A stretch of 32,000 nucleotides of DNA from Thermoproteus tenax Kra 1 (GCF_000253055.1 NC_016070.1:1620001-1652000); one strand, 5' to 3'. Shown: positions 7,894-19,000, counted from the first letter of the stretch. Program-made: numbers and translations. The notes: generated from the letters alone by a model not told the origin.

Positions 7894-8024
7894 ACCATAC
7901 CACTTATTTTAATATTTTTCCGCAGAGGTCTTTATACCTCTCGGCGGAATTGTTGTATTCTTGCTAGTCTAGGGTAGAGCCCGTCGCCGGTACAACGTTA
8001 AATAGGCGTTGAATCTAGAGACTT

Positions 8025-8477
8025 ATGGTCAAGCTCGCGATAGTGGTCGCCGAGTTTAACTACGATATAACCCAACTGATGCTCCAGAAGGCCATCGACC
8101 ACGCGAGGTTCCTCGGCGCCGAGGTCACCTACGTTGTGAAGGCGCCCGGCGTATACGATGTGCCGACACTCTTGGCAGAGGTTGTAAAGAAGAAAGACGT
8201 CGAGGCCGTGGCCGTCTTAGGCGCTGTGATCCAAGGCGCGACTAAACACGACGAAGTTGTGGCGAGCCAGGCCGCGCGTAAAATTTTGGATATATCGGTC
8301 GAGAGCGGCAAGCCGGTGGCCCTAGGAGTAATCGGGCCCGGCGCCAACAGGATCCAGGCGCTGGAGAGGGTCGAGGAGTACGCCAGAAGGGCGGTGGAGG
8401 CTGCCGTGAAGATGGCTAGACGCAAAAAGGCTCTTCAAGAGAGCGAATATAGCGGCACAACTGTCTTCATAGATTAG
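8025..8477 (+). CDS. ribH: 6,7-dimethyl-8-ribityllumazine synthase
   Basis: [49 protein letters not shown]; classic lumazine synthase motifs. TTAAATA lies about 24 nt upstream of the ATG. Confidence 0.95.
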   Translation: MVKLAIVVAEFNYDITQLMLQKAIDHARFLGAEVTYVVKAPGVYDVPTLLAEVVKKKDVEAVAVLGAVIQGATKHDEVVASQAARKILDISVESGKPVALGVIGPGANRIQALERVEEYARRAVEAAVKMARRKKALQESEYSGTTVFID

Positions 8478-9022
8478 GGGGACGGCTCGAGTATATTTAA
8501 GACCTCCCAGACGGCCTTCATTACGGCTATCTCCGACTTGAGCTTGGCATAAGCATCTTGGTCTATCGCGCCGGCCGCATAGGCGTCCTCCACCCTCTTT
8601 TCCAACGCCACGAGGTCCACTTTAGAGAGCTTCTCCCTAGTTAGAGAGCGCGCCCACACGTACTTTATCCTGGCGTCTATCTGTGCAATTCTGTCGCCCA
8701 GGGCCTTGGCCCTCTCCTCGAGCTCTGCCATTTTAGATCTGGCGTCCTCCACCAGCTTTCTGTAGTCCTCCTCAGATATCAAGCCCAGCTCCCTCTTAGC
8801 CGTCAACACCTCCACCTCGCGCGCCAGCTCGGCCACGACCGCTTGTATCTGCTCTAGCCTTATTTTAGCTTTAGCTATATCGCTGTCCCAAGATCCCTTC
8901 AGCGCTTGAGACGAGTCCACGAAGGCCCTCCACGTGTCCTCTATCCCCTTGAGCTTCTCCTCATATTGGGCTAGAAGTTTGTCCAATTCGCCTATGGCCA
9001 CATAGGCTATGTCGACGCTCAT
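8474..9022 (-). CDS. Hypothetical coiled-coil protein
   Basis: 182-aa ORF rich in heptad-like K/E/L/A helices. It follows the upstream ORF with ATGA-type coupling. Confidence 0.75.
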   Translation of the reverse strand: MSVDIAYVAIGELDKLLAQYEEKLKGIEDTWRAFVDSSQALKGSWDSDIAKAKIRLEQIQAVVAELAREVEVLTAKRELGLISEEDYRKLVEDARSKMAELEERAKALGDRIAQIDARIKYVWARSLTREKLSKVDLVALEKRVEDAYAAGAIDQDAYAKLKSEIAVMKAVWEVLNILEPSP

Positions 9023-9744
9023 GGCACTACCCCCTCGAGCTCCTTTTTAAGCCTCTCGTAGGCCTCTCTGGAGATCTTGCCCTCCTTTAACATCTCGTCG
9101 AGTCTGCTCAGAGATACCCTCAAGTTGATCACCTCCGCGTTTGTGGATGTGGCCAGGACCCGTTTGAAGTGCTGGTTTATTATCTCCTCTATCGAGCTGT
9201 ACCGTCTCTCTACGTCCTCAAGGACCGCCTTTAGGGCGCCCAACTTCTCCTCGATCTCTTGCCGAGTCTTGGCGTACTGCTCCTCTGGCATAAGGTCCCT
9301 CTTGAGCTCAAGCTCCCTCAACGCCTTTTCATAGTTGGAGATAGATGAGGCAAGTAGATCTATAGACCGCTTCAATATCATCTTCTCTGCCTCCCACTGC
9401 CTCCTGAAGTTCAACACAGAGGACTCGTAGCTCTGCCAAGATTCGTCGAGCTTTTTGACGACTTCGTCGTATTTCATAAACAAATTGTCCACTACGGGCT
9501 TGATGGCCTTGTCGAAGTCCGTCTCCACTCTCTCGACGGACGATAGTTGAACCACTTGGACCGCTTGTTGGGCTTGTTGCTGTTGTTGTACGGTCTGCGT
9601 CGTCTGTTGCGACTTGAACCGTATATAGACGGGGCACTCTGCGTAGTTGCCTATACAATACCAGTCGAAGGGGTTCACCGGCTTGCCGCTGTAATTACAG
9701 ATGAAACCTCCCTCGACGCGGCGCAGAGCAGGGCAGACGCTCAT
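9019..9744 (-). CDS. Hypothetical protein: N-terminal Cys cluster, Gln-rich linker, coiled coil
   Basis: CPALRRVEGGFICNY...DWYCIGNYAECPVYIRFKSQQTTQTVQQQQQAQQAVQVVQ followed by long helices. Confidence 0.78.
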   Translation of the reverse strand: MSVCPALRRVEGGFICNYSGKPVNPFDWYCIGNYAECPVYIRFKSQQTTQTVQQQQQAQQAVQVVQLSSVERVETDFDKAIKPVVDNLFMKYDEVVKKLDESWQSYESSVLNFRRQWEAEKMILKRSIDLLASSISNYEKALRELELKRDLMPEEQYAKTRQEIEEKLGALKAVLEDVERRYSSIEEIINQHFKRVLATSTNAEVINLRVSLSRLDEMLKEGKISREAYERLKKELEGVVP

Positions 9745-9779
9745 ATCGCCTACTCTGTACAGTTATATATTTATTACGC

Positions 9780-10454
9780 TCAGTGCCCGAGCTTGTTGAG
9801 ATAGCTCTGCGACACTACTTTGAGGTCGTCGAGCGTGCCTACGTCGTAAAACACTGCGTTGGGGAGAAAGACTGCAACGTTGGGCAGAAGAGAGACCGCA
9901 AAGTCGTTGAAGTCTAGGTATCTCTCCTCCAACCTCCGCACCTCGGCCCCTTCGACGACGTAGATGCCCGTGGACACTATGTTTACAAGCTTGGGCTTCT
10001 CTTTCCACTCTTTCAGTTTATTGTCCTCCACCTCAAGTACTCCGAAACGCACAGTGGTTTCCACTATCTGCCCCACTATAGTTAACTTGTAGGAGGAGCT
10101 CTTGTGGAACTCTAACACTTGGCCGACGTTTAAGTTGGTGATCACATCGCTGGGCGCCACCAGCACAGGCTCATCGCCGAGGTACTCCTTTGCATAATAC
10201 AACTGGCCCGCCGTGCCGAGGAGCTTTCTCGAGGGAATAAAGACTACGTCGGGGTGATGCTCCCTTAGGTATTCGCGCAACAGCTCCTGCAGATAGAAGC
10301 CGACTACATAGATCTCGGCGCCCTGAGCCCTCAGCCACCTTATTGCGTGGTCTATGATTGTGGCCTCGCCGACTAGCACCAACGGTTTTGGAACAAAAAA
10401 GGTCAGCGGCCTGAGCCTTGTGCCTAGGCCTGCGGCTAATAAAAAGGCCTTCAA
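9780..10454 (-). CDS. Sugar-phosphate nucleotidyltransferase
   Basis: TTG start; KAFLLAAGLGTRLRPLTFFVPKPLV nucleotidyltransferase signature. Confidence 0.92.
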   Translation of the reverse strand: MKAFLLAAGLGTRLRPLTFFVPKPLVLVGEATIIDHAIRWLRAQGAEIYVVGFYLQELLREYLREHHPDVVFIPSRKLLGTAGQLYYAKEYLGDEPVLVAPSDVITNLNVGQVLEFHKSSSYKLTIVGQIVETTVRFGVLEVEDNKLKEWKEKPKLVNIVSTGIYVVEGAEVRRLEERYLDFNDFAVSLLPNVAVFLPNAVFYDVGTLDDLKVVSQSYLNKLGH

Positions 10455-10792
10455 AGGTAGTCCTTAAGGCCGTACTTCTTCAGATGGTGCTCTATTTTTT
10501 TAACCTCTTTCTCCATCTTCTTGGCCTCAACCACTATGTCCGTCCTCTTCTCCTCCTCCAGCCCCTTCGCCTTTATTGTACAGAAGCCGTCGGGCGTCAA
10601 GGCCCGCGCCTCACAGTAGGCGTATTGACACTTCGCACCTATACATTCGTCGTTCAGCCAAGTGCACCAGAACACTATCTTGTTGCCTCTAATCGTCGGC
10701 TTTAACGCCTTTTTACCGCATCTGAACAGAGAGGAGCCGTTGGGGCCGAAGACGCAACGGGGTCCCAGACAAGGCTCTCTTCCTTGCGACAC
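10451..10792 (-). CDS. Conserved-type small Cys-rich (putative metal-binding) protein
   Basis: About 9 Cys in 113 aa (CLGPRC...FRCGKK...FWCTWLNDECIGAKCQYAYCEA...GFCTI). Overlaps the next gene by the stop codon. Confidence 0.7.
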   Translation of the reverse strand: MSQGREPCLGPRCVFGPNGSSLFRCGKKALKPTIRGNKIVFWCTWLNDECIGAKCQYAYCEARALTPDGFCTIKAKGLEEEKRTDIVVEAKKMEKEVKKIEHHLKKYGLKDYL

Positions 10793-10820
10793 AGTATAAT
10801 GCCTCTCTGCCCTATAAAAA

Positions 10821-11747
10821 TTATTCAGCCAATCTATATCCGAGGGACCTCAAGAACTCGAGGACCTCAGAGAGGCGCGGGGAGGATCTAGCGCCGGGCC
10901 TCGTCACTTTGATCGACGCAGCGGCGTTGGCGAATAGAAGCCTCTCGTATAGGGACAGGCCCATCAGCCTAGCCGCTATGTAGGCCGCGGCGAAGGTGTC
11001 GCCGGCCCCCGTTGTGTCCAAGGCTTGGAGCCTAAATGCGTCAACGTAGAGGAACTCGCCGCCGCTCAACGCCATGGCGCCTCTATCGCCCAAGGTCACC
11101 ACGATCTCTCTAGCGTCAATGTTTCTGGCGATGACGTCCAACGCAGCTCTGTGGTCCGATGAGCTCGACAAAAGCTTCGCCTCAGCCTGGTTCATGAAAA
11201 CTACGTCCACGCCTGAGAGGGCCTTTGCGGCCACCTCCAGCCCCTTGCGCGCAAGCGACGTCCCCCCATCCACCGAGATGGATTTGCCGTCCCTCTTGGC
11301 GACCTCCTTGGCCTTCAATATGAGCTCAACGCGGCCGCTGGCTACGTGGACGTGGTCGACGCCTCCGAGCGACGCCTCATTTATATCGTCGGGAGAGAGG
11401 CCCATGTTGGCGCCTCTATACGCTATCATCCTCTTTCCTCCATCGGGCTGCACGATCACAACAACGACGCCCGACCTAAGTCCGCCTATCTTTTTGACGT
11501 AACGCACCTCGACGCCCTCGCTCTCCAACTCCTTCAGTATTATCTCGCCTATCACGTCGTCGCCCACAGCTCCAATGAATCGGGCCCTATGGCCCAGCCG
11601 CGCTATCGCCACAGAGAAGTTCGCCGCAGAGCCGCCGCCTCCCGTGTATAGATCCAGCGCATCGACCGACTGATCGAGGCCGGGCAACTCGTGGGTCTTG
11701 ATGTATATGTCGTAGTTCAAGTTCCCTATTGAGGCCACTAAGGCCAC
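10821..11747 (-). CDS. PfkB/ribokinase-family carbohydrate kinase (GTG start at 11747)
   Basis: VALVASIGNLNYDIYIKTHELPG, GGGGSAANFSVAIARLGH, VVTLGDRGAM, DTTGAGDTFAAAYI. The longer ORF in the track (to 12137) is an antisense read-through into the neighbouring gene. Confidence 0.9.
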   Translation of the reverse strand: MALVASIGNLNYDIYIKTHELPGLDQSVDALDLYTGGGGSAANFSVAIARLGHRARFIGAVGDDVIGEIILKELESEGVEVRYVKKIGGLRSGVVVVIVQPDGGKRMIAYRGANMGLSPDDINEASLGGVDHVHVASGRVELILKAKEVAKRDGKSISVDGGTSLARKGLEVAAKALSGVDVVFMNQAEAKLLSSSSDHRAALDVIARNIDAREIVVTLGDRGAMALSGGEFLYVDAFRLQALDTTGAGDTFAAAYIAARLMGLSLYERLLFANAAASIKVTRPGARSSPRLSEVLEFLRSLGYRLAE

Positions 11748-11778
11748 AATGGATTTAATCGAGGTTAAAATAACTATT

Positions 11779-12282
11779 GTGGTGGAGGAATTGCTCGAGC
11801 TCAGAAAGATCCTCGAAGAGAAGATTGCGCAGTTGGAGAACGAGGTGCGTCTGTATAAGCGATTGCTCTCCTTGATCGACGAGGCGATAGGGCAGAGGTC
11901 TTTCACGACGGCGGCGCAAGAGAAGGAGAAGAGGGAGGTCGCTAAGAAGCCGTTGGAGGTCCAAGTGTTGAAGTCGAAGGAGGGTGAGGAGCTGGGGATT
12001 GCGGAGATATATGAGGACGAGCTGGTTCTGAAGCCTAAGGTGTCGGTAAAGCTAGAGGGCCTCATAAAGAGGTTCTTCGTGGAGAAGATTCTGGATAGAT
12101 ATAGGGAGGAAGACGAGGGCGCAGTGAGGGAGGGCAAAAAGAGGGCCTCCCTAGACTACGAGATAAAGGAGGAGGGAGGCAACATAAGCGCCATAGTGGT
12201 CAGAAACTACGGCGATGAGAACAGGAGGAGGGACATAGTACGCGCCTTCCGCTGGACTCTGGAGAGGTCCCTTAAGTCGTAG
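11779..12282 (+). CDS. Hypothetical coiled-coil-containing protein (track start 11749; GTG at 11779/11782 more plausible)
   Basis: [38 protein letters not shown]...[16 protein letters not shown]. Using the GTG gives a TTTAATC/TTAAAA-type promoter upstream. Confidence 0.65.
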   Translation: MVEELLELRKILEEKIAQLENEVRLYKRLLSLIDEAIGQRSFTTAAQEKEKREVAKKPLEVQVLKSKEGEELGIAEIYEDELVLKPKVSVKLEGLIKRFFVEKILDRYREEDEGAVREGKKRASLDYEIKEEGGNISAIVVRNYGDENRRRDIVRAFRWTLERSLKS

Positions 12283-14053
12283 CAGGCCCCTCCAGTTTAA
12301 CCTTTTTCTGGTTCCTGTATATCTCCAGAAGCTCGTCCACTGTGGTGGCCTCCTCAGGCCCCTTGTCCGACCTATAGCGGCCAGTAAATCTGGGAAATCT
12401 GATGGCAAGCCCTACGTCCGGCTTTATGGCCCCTTGACAGCACGTGTGCAACGGCGAGAGCGTGATCTCGGCCCCTATTATTTCAAGGACGATGCCAGGC
12501 GTGAACCAGACGTCGGGCTCCATACGCGACGAAACCCGAGGATGTCTGTGGTCTATTTTGTAGGGCTCCAACATCTGGTACATCTTTTTCAGATCTGCGT
12601 CAGTGAACCCGCTGCCCACTTTACACACAGTGTAGAACATGTCGGTCTTGGGATCGTAGGCCGCCATGAGGAAGGCTCCGTAGAGACCGGCCCTCTTCCC
12701 TCTGCCGTAGAAGGCGCCCACTACCACTAGATCTACTGTGTCGCTCATCTCGCTTCGGTAATCGCGCTTGTATTTTATCCAGTTCCAGCCCCGGGCCCCC
12801 ATCTCGTAGAGTGAGGTCGGAGATTTACAGACGAGGCCCTCCATGCCCATCGAGATTGCCTCGTGGAAAAACAGATCCACTTTCTCTTCATCGTCGAACA
12901 AAGCCCATTTGGCTATTACTACGTCCTCGCTCTCTCTGACTATCTCGGAGAGCTTGAGGCGTCGGTAGATGAGGGGTTTGTCGGTCAGATCCTCTCCGTC
13001 TAGGTAGATAACGTCGAACAGGTTAAGCTTCACCGGGTACTCCCTCATTGCCTCCTCCACCTCGTGCTTCCTCTTTCTGTGCATGAGCTCTTGGAAGGGC
13101 AGGATATCCCCAGTGTCGGGGTCCAGCGCGACGATCTCGCCCTCGATTATCGCCTCCTTGGCCGAGACAGAGCGCCTCACAGCCTCCACAACGTCGGGGT
13201 ACGCGTGTGTTATATTCTCCAGGCGGCGGCTGTAGATGGAGATGCCGTTTGGGCCAATGTGTATCTGCGCCCTCTCTCCATCGTATTTATATTCGCATAT
13301 TGCAGCGCCCCCCAGCTTGGTCAAGACCTCGTGCGACGTGCTCAGCCTCTGGGCTAACATGGGCATCACGGGCACGCCGGGCGTGACTCTCACTTGCGCG
13401 AGGCCGGCCTGTCCTCTCTCGAGGACTACCTTGGCCAGATAGCCGAGGTCCGGATGTATATTGTAGGCCTTCTCCAGTTGCCCCTCGTCTACGTTGAAGG
13501 CCTCGGCTAGGGCATCGATTATGGTCATATCTGCGACGCCCAAGCGCAGTTTGCCCACCACGAATCTGGCTATATACTTGGCCTCCTCCGGCGAGGCTTG
13601 AGAGAAGAGCGACGAGAGGAGGGAGACCTTTAGATCTATCGACCCCTCTCCGGTGGTCCTCGCTATCTTCAAAAACGTGTCGTAGACTTGTGAGATAGAG
13701 AGGGGGGCCCTCTTGGCGCCTGCGAACGCCAACAGCGTCTGCGCCTGCCTTTTGGAGAGCGCCTTTCTGGCGGCCTCGCCGACGTCCCCCGTCTTCTGAT
13801 ACAGCGACTCTAGCTCCTCGAGCTTGACGCCGGACGCCCTAGAGAGCGCCCTCAGACACAGCTTCTCGGCGATGCCCAACTCTACGCCCTCCCAGGGCGG
13901 CCTCACGTCCCCCAGTATAATGTATATGGCCTTGTCTATTTCGTCGGGGCCCAACTTCTTAAAGAGGTTCACAAGCAGCTTCACCATCATAGTCCTCTGA
14001 GTTGTGGACTCTATGCCCGCCAGAACTTTGGCCAACTCCGAGAACTCCATCAC
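12272..14053 (-). CDS. lig: ATP-dependent DNA ligase
   Basis: Active-site motif [15 protein letters not shown], plus EGLVCKSP and NWIKYKRDY. Full length, 593 aa. Confidence 0.96.
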   Translation of the reverse strand: MMEFSELAKVLAGIESTTQRTMMVKLLVNLFKKLGPDEIDKAIYIILGDVRPPWEGVELGIAEKLCLRALSRASGVKLEELESLYQKTGDVGEAARKALSKRQAQTLLAFAGAKRAPLSISQVYDTFLKIARTTGEGSIDLKVSLLSSLFSQASPEEAKYIARFVVGKLRLGVADMTIIDALAEAFNVDEGQLEKAYNIHPDLGYLAKVVLERGQAGLAQVRVTPGVPVMPMLAQRLSTSHEVLTKLGGAAICEYKYDGERAQIHIGPNGISIYSRRLENITHAYPDVVEAVRRSVSAKEAIIEGEIVALDPDTGDILPFQELMHRKRKHEVEEAMREYPVKLNLFDVIYLDGEDLTDKPLIYRRLKLSEIVRESEDVVIAKWALFDDEEKVDLFFHEAISMGMEGLVCKSPTSLYEMGARGWNWIKYKRDYRSEMSDTVDLVVVGAFYGRGKRAGLYGAFLMAAYDPKTDMFYTVCKVGSGFTDADLKKMYQMLEPYKIDHRHPRVSSRMEPDVWFTPGIVLEIIGAEITLSPLHTCCQGAIKPDVGLAIRFPRFTGRYRSDKGPEEATTVDELLEIYRNQKKVKLEGPATT

Positions 14054-14571
14054 CTAGCCCTCTGCAGAAACAGCTCTAGGTAGGTGGACTCAACCCTCTC
14101 TCTGAGCCCCAGGCGCTCTGCAAGCTCCGCGATCTCATCCTCGATCGATTTAACGACGTCGGGAGACGAGGCCACAGCCTCTATTTCGACGAAGTCGCCC
14201 AATCCCTCAACGCGATCTAGGGAGATAGTGAACGAGCGATATGAATAGTATTCGCGGGTCTTCTTGATCGAGGCTACCTTGTTGAAGCCCAGAGCAGTTA
14301 GAATGGAGTCGACCTCGCCCTCGGCCGAGGCCGACAGCTCCAGCCTGGTCTTGGCTGAGGCAGCCAGGCGGGGCCCCTTGTACGTCACCTCGGCTGCTCC
14401 ATCGACGTATCTCACCCTGAGCGCCTCGTCTGTCTCGGCGAAATCTCTACATGGATGTTGGTAGTAGACGTCGATCTCGGTCTTTTTCTCTAGAAGGACT
14501 GCGCCGAGCTTTAAAAGGCGCCCCCTAACCTCGGATAGATCGGCGCGAAATTTGGCCTCAACCTCCAACAT
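14050..14571 (-). CDS. CyaB/CYTH-domain protein (class IV adenylate cyclase-like)
   Basis: [24 protein letters not shown] (ExExK), [48 protein letters not shown]. Confidence 0.9.
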   Translation of the reverse strand: MLEVEAKFRADLSEVRGRLLKLGAVLLEKKTEIDVYYQHPCRDFAETDEALRVRYVDGAAEVTYKGPRLAASAKTRLELSASAEGEVDSILTALGFNKVASIKKTREYYSYRSFTISLDRVEGLGDFVEIEAVASSPDVVKSIEDEIAELAERLGLRERVESTYLELFLQRAR

Positions 14572-15391
14572 TTCTACAAGGCGGTCTCGCCGGGTCAGCC
14601 ACTTGTAGAGAGAACAAATAGCATCTGGAAGTAGTCTCGCCGAAGTAGGCGCACTCTCTGCAGTCCGAGGGACGGCCCAGAACTATTCTGACAGAAACTC
14701 TGGCCGGGGCCCTGGGCACTTGAGGGATGGCCTCCGGCTGAGGCGGGGGCGGTAATGCTGGCTGCTGCGGCACGGGAAGAGGAGGCGGCGTCGGTGGAGG
14801 CGCCACGGGCGGAGGACGGGCCTCGGGCTGTGGCGGCGGAGGAGTGGGCGGGGGCGGCGGAGGGGCCTCAACGGGGCGCGGAGCCGGCTTTATAACCTCG
14901 GCGAGCGGCTTGACCTCGGAGGGCGGAGAGGGAGGAGGCGCCACGGGCGGAGGACGGGCCTCGGGCTGTGGCGGCGGAGGAGCAAGTCCTGTCTCTGGCG
15001 CTGGCTTGGGCGGCGCGGGCTGAGTGAGGGCGAGAGGGCCGAGCGATATGCCGAACTCCTCGCTGGCCCTTCTGTAGACGGCGTCAAGGGCTTTCGCGAC
15101 GTCGTCGTTGCCCTCCAAGACCTTCTGGCCGTCGATAACTACGGCGGGAAAGGATGTAACATTGTACCTTTTCAAGATGGTGACCAACGAGCGGAAGTGA
15201 GGGGGGATCCGCTCCACCGGCTGATCCAACATTTTAACCACTTGGTCCGCTGCATCCTGACGGATCTTGACCGTGGCAAGTCTAACTCTATCTCTTCTCT
15301 CTACCTTGGAGCGTATCTCCTCGATGGCCTTCTTGAGAGACTCCTCAAGCTCTTGGCTCTTCCCCGATATTACGAAAAGCTCTACGTACAC
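14558..15391 (-). CDS. Thioredoxin-fold-like domain, Pro-rich repeat linker and C-terminal Cys motif
   Basis: N-term MYVELFVISGKSQELEESLKKA...ILKRYNVTSFPAVVIDGQKVLEG (Trx/glutaredoxin-like cis-Pro), about 110 aa of PPPP/QPEARPPPVAPPP, then CRECAYFGETTSRCYLF...PPC. Confidence 0.75.
   Translation of the reverse strand: MYVELFVISGKSQELEESLKKAIEEIRSKVERRDRVRLATVKIRQDAADQVVKMLDQPVERIPPHFRSLVTILKRYNVTSFPAVVIDGQKVLEGNDDVAKALDAVYRRASEEFGISLGPLALTQPAPPKPAPETGLAPPPPQPEARPPPVAPPPSPPSEVKPLAEVIKPAPRPVEAPPPPPPTPPPPQPEARPPPVAPPPTPPPLPVPQQPALPPPPQPEAIPQVPRAPARVSVRIVLGRPSDCRECAYFGETTSRCYLFSLQVADPARPPCRNVGG
14796..14843. repeat. 48-bp direct repeat, copy 1 (encodes PPPPQPEARPPPVAPP)
   Basis: Sequence ggaggcgccacgggcggaggacgggcctcgggctgtggcggcggagga is identical to 14934-14981. 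Confidence 0.9.
14934..14981. repeat. 48-bp direct repeat, copy 2
   Basis: Identical to 14796-14843, offset 138 bp (in frame). Confidence 0.9.
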
Positions 15392-15399
15392 AGTTTCAA

Positions 15400-16005
15400 C
15401 TATTTTACAGTATTTAAGCCTAGCGCTTGAGAGATTATGCGAGAGCGCCAGAGCTCGCGCTCGATGACTTGTCCCTCCGGCCGCAGCTCGTAGAATATCT
15501 GGGTGGAGAACACATAGACTTTCTCGGGCACTCCGACTTTGCTCGCCACATAGCGCTTCAACGCCTCGCCGAGAATCCTCAGCTCCAACATCGTCTGCGG
15601 CAGCACGACTAAGACGGGCGGCACGTAGACGCCCTCTATGCCCCAGCGAAGAGACGAGAGTGCGTCGAATGAGGTCTCTCTGAGGTCCCCTATCAGAGTG
15701 GCCTCAATGACCGACCTCCTGAGGTCCATCTCAGAGAAGCGGGGTATCGCCAACACCAATTTGCCCGCTATCTTGGCTGAGTCATGGGCGAGGTCTCTGA
15801 CGGGCTGGACGACCCCCAGGGAACCCCTCACCTCCCGGCGCTCTGTCCCGTTGGAGCGCACTAGAAACTCAACTGTCACAAAGACGCCAGCCTTGTATCT
15901 TGAGAGCGACTCGTCGGAGAGCTTGAGGGGGAGGCCTCTGATCTTTCGGTACATAGACGTGCGGATGTGCGAGATGAGTTTGGAGCCTTCCTCTAGAGAA
16001 AGCAT
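15400..16005 (-). CDS. AMMECR1-domain protein
   Basis: VFVTVEFL...[39 protein letters not shown]...[16 protein letters not shown]. Confidence 0.88.
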   Translation of the reverse strand: MLSLEEGSKLISHIRTSMYRKIRGLPLKLSDESLSRYKAGVFVTVEFLVRSNGTERREVRGSLGVVQPVRDLAHDSAKIAGKLVLAIPRFSEMDLRRSVIEATLIGDLRETSFDALSSLRWGIEGVYVPPVLVVLPQTMLELRILGEALKRYVASKVGVPEKVYVFSTQIFYELRPEGQVIERELWRSRIISQALGLNTVK

Positions 16006-16046
16006 GAAAAGAAAAAGGAAGTTTATTTAAAAAGGAGCGTGCGGAT

Positions 16047-19000
16047 CTACTTCGGCGGAGCCAAAATCTGCATCAGGCGCCTTCTCCTCCAGTTGCTGTA
16101 CTCCATGAGTAATATGGCCACAATTATCACAATGACGATTATCAGCACGATCCACAGCACTAGCTCGGGTATTGGCACTCTCACGCCGCCTATCTGGATA
16201 CCGGCTGTGCCAGGCACAGTGACACGCAGCGCGACAGTCTGACCAGCGGCCGGAGTTATGCTGGCAGTGCCTACGTGGCCCTGCTGTGCAGTCACCTTGA
16301 TGGTGTACTGCTGTCCTCCCAGCACCTCCACCTCAACGGGGGCGGTGGAGAAGCTCTTGAACAATGTGCCGTTGGCGTAGTATATGTCTACCTGCGATAC
16401 CAGGCTGTTTATCGGATAGCCGTTGTCGTCTACGGCCGATATCTGCAGAATAGCGGTCGGCACAGTGATAGTCTTAGTGGTCACTTGGCCGGCGGCGGGG
16501 GCGAATGAGCCGGTGGAGTAGGCGCCGAAGGGCGTAGTCGCAACTACGTTATACTGTATGGGCGTGCCGTCGGGGGTCTGCGCAAGCACCGTGGCCTCTA
16601 CAGTGCCGGTTCCTGAGGCCACTATGCCGCTGGGGCCGACTATCTCGATGGGCCAAGCGCCGGTGGTGCCCTTAGCTTGATCAACGACGGAGGCGGATAT
16701 CTTGGCGGTCGGCACCACTATCTGAACAGATGCGATCTGGCCGCGGCTCACAGCGACAGTCTTGCTCCAAGTGTAGCCGTAGGCCTGAGCCGAGACAGTG
16801 TACGTGCCCGCCAACACCTCAGCAGTTACAGAGCCTGTGCCCGCGGCCACATTGGCTATCTGTATGGGCGAGCTGGTCAATGCTGTGCCGAAGGCGTCCA
16901 CCACCGAGGCCGAGATGGCGCCGGAGGGCACAGCGACGGTATAGGTAGTGGGCCCGGCGACGCTCAAAGTGGTGGTGTTGACAACGGTGGCGCCGCTCGG
17001 AGTCTTGACGGTGGTCTCCACTGTTACGTTGTAAGTGCCGGCATACTCGCTCAGAGGCAGATAGGCAGTCACAGTCCCGCTGCCGGTGGCCACAGTCTGG
17101 CCGTTGATCGCTATAGCGATAGGCCAGTCGCTCCTCACTTTGCCGAAGCCGTCCACGGCTTGGACGGTGACAGGCGCCACAAGGCCCAAGGAGGCCAGAT
17201 CGAGCGAGCTGGGCAACGACGTAGTAGTCAACATAGCTGTGAACGGCTTAGCCAACGTAATGGGTACGCCGTTTATAGACACAGAAGTTATCACCATCTC
17301 GAGCGGATAGCTCACGCTGGTGGGTATAGGCTGAGAGGCCACCAAGTAGTTAGTGCCGGATATAGTGGCCGTCTTGAAGGGTATAGTCACGTTGCCGCTT
17401 GGAGTTTCCATCACGAAGTAGCCGGAGACTCCGATGGGCTGCGACAGCGGGATCTGCGTAGCCATCGTTACCTGCGAGACTATGGAGTAACCGCTGCTCG
17501 GGACCGTGGCGCCACGCTGTATTGAGAAGGTGCCGGTGGCCACAGGCACCCATATCTGCGATGATGCGGGGGCGGCGGCGGTGCTGGAGCTGTACGGATA
17601 TAGCACGTCGTAGTCAAAGTTTGTGGACGGCAGCTGCGATAGGAAGCCTGCCGGATAGCTCGACACCAGTGCGTCGTATATAGTTGCCGAGCCTGCGCTC
17701 GAGGTCATGCCGTAGAAGTAGAACATGGCGCCCTTAGTAGCATCGTCGTAGACTCTCACGTACACGTTCGCCAGCGGCTGGCCGTTGGGGCCGTTAACTG
17801 TAATCGTGGCGGGATACACATAGGTCCTTATCTGCGCCGAGGTCGTAGCATTACCCAACTGATATACATCGTTGGCAACGTCCTGTTGGTATATCCAAGT
17901 CACGTAGGCCGGATTGCCGGTCAGCTTGTACAGCAAGTATCCATCGAACCAGCTCACATAGACATCAGGCGTATAGCCATTGAAGCTTATATCGGGCAAG
18001 TCGTACGCCAGCTCTCCGTTATTGGTTGTGTAGATCACAGCGAAGACCTCGTGGGTACGTCTGTCGTACAATACAACAGTCTGGTTGGCCAGAGGCCTGG
18101 CGTTCCAGTCCAACACGAACTTGAGCGGCAGCTCGGGGTAGTAGAAGTAGTAGTTGAAGTAGTAGTCGCTCGAGTTGGTCACAAGCGAGTACCAAGTCAT
18201 CGCCGTGCTTTCGTTCACCAGCTGCTTATCACCGTTATACCTGGTGACATTGAATATGTACCACCAACCGGAGATGTTCTCACTGCCGTGGCTGGCATAT
18301 AACACATTCTCCTGGTATGAGGCAGAGCTCAGCGGCTGTAAGTTGAATATCTTGATCAACAAGCCAAGCTGTTGCGTCGCGTTCTTGGCAAGCTGGTAAG
18401 CCTGGCCCAGCTCCTGCTTAGTTACACTTGACAGCGACCTTGCGGCTTGTATGGGTATGTCGTTCAGGAAGTGCTGAGTCAAGTTGTACACTCCGCCGTA
18501 GTAGGCGGTCACTGAGTAGTTGTAGGGCTGCCTATAGACGTCGAGAGCCCAGATGCCGCTGGCATTGATGGCATAGGATAGGCCGAAACCGTAGTCGGCC
18601 AGAGCGACCATAGCGTCAGCATACGGAGGCACGTAGACGTAGCACGACTTGGGCACCGTGATTGTCTGCCCAGTGGCCGACGACACAGTGATAGTCTGTA
18701 GACCACAGGTGGCAGCGACAAGCTGAGTCTGAGTTGTGTAGGTCTTCACATATCCTTCGCCGGACAGCGGTATGGTGTAGCTACCGGAGAGACAGCTCAC
18801 GGTCACGCTGGATACCAATATCGGGAACGAGGCGTTGTTGTAGATGTGTAGCCAGTCGAGGGCGGTTGTGGGCAGCTTGATAGAGGTCTGGCCAAGTGCG
18901 TAGAGCGCCGTCACGTTCCAGACGGGCAGGCCCGTCGAGTAGGCTATCGCGAAGGAGCTAGTGGCGCCGATCGGGAAGCCCAAGCCGGCGATCTGGCCGC

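Noticed and set aside
10821-12137. 438-aa minus-strand ORF as one protein.
   Set aside because: The N-terminal ~130 residues are low-complexity Ser/Phe-rich antisense of the plus-strand coiled-coil gene; the kinase homology begins at VALVASIGNLNYD (11747).
14796-14981. The 48-bp repeats as a CRISPR or mobile element signal.
   Set aside because: There are only two copies, they are in frame within a coding sequence and encode a polyproline linker; protein-level repeat expansion explains them.
16677-17525. 282-aa plus-strand ORF inside the giant surface-protein gene.
   Set aside because: Antisense open frame produced by composition of the giant gene; Arg/Gly/His-rich with no recognisable domain.
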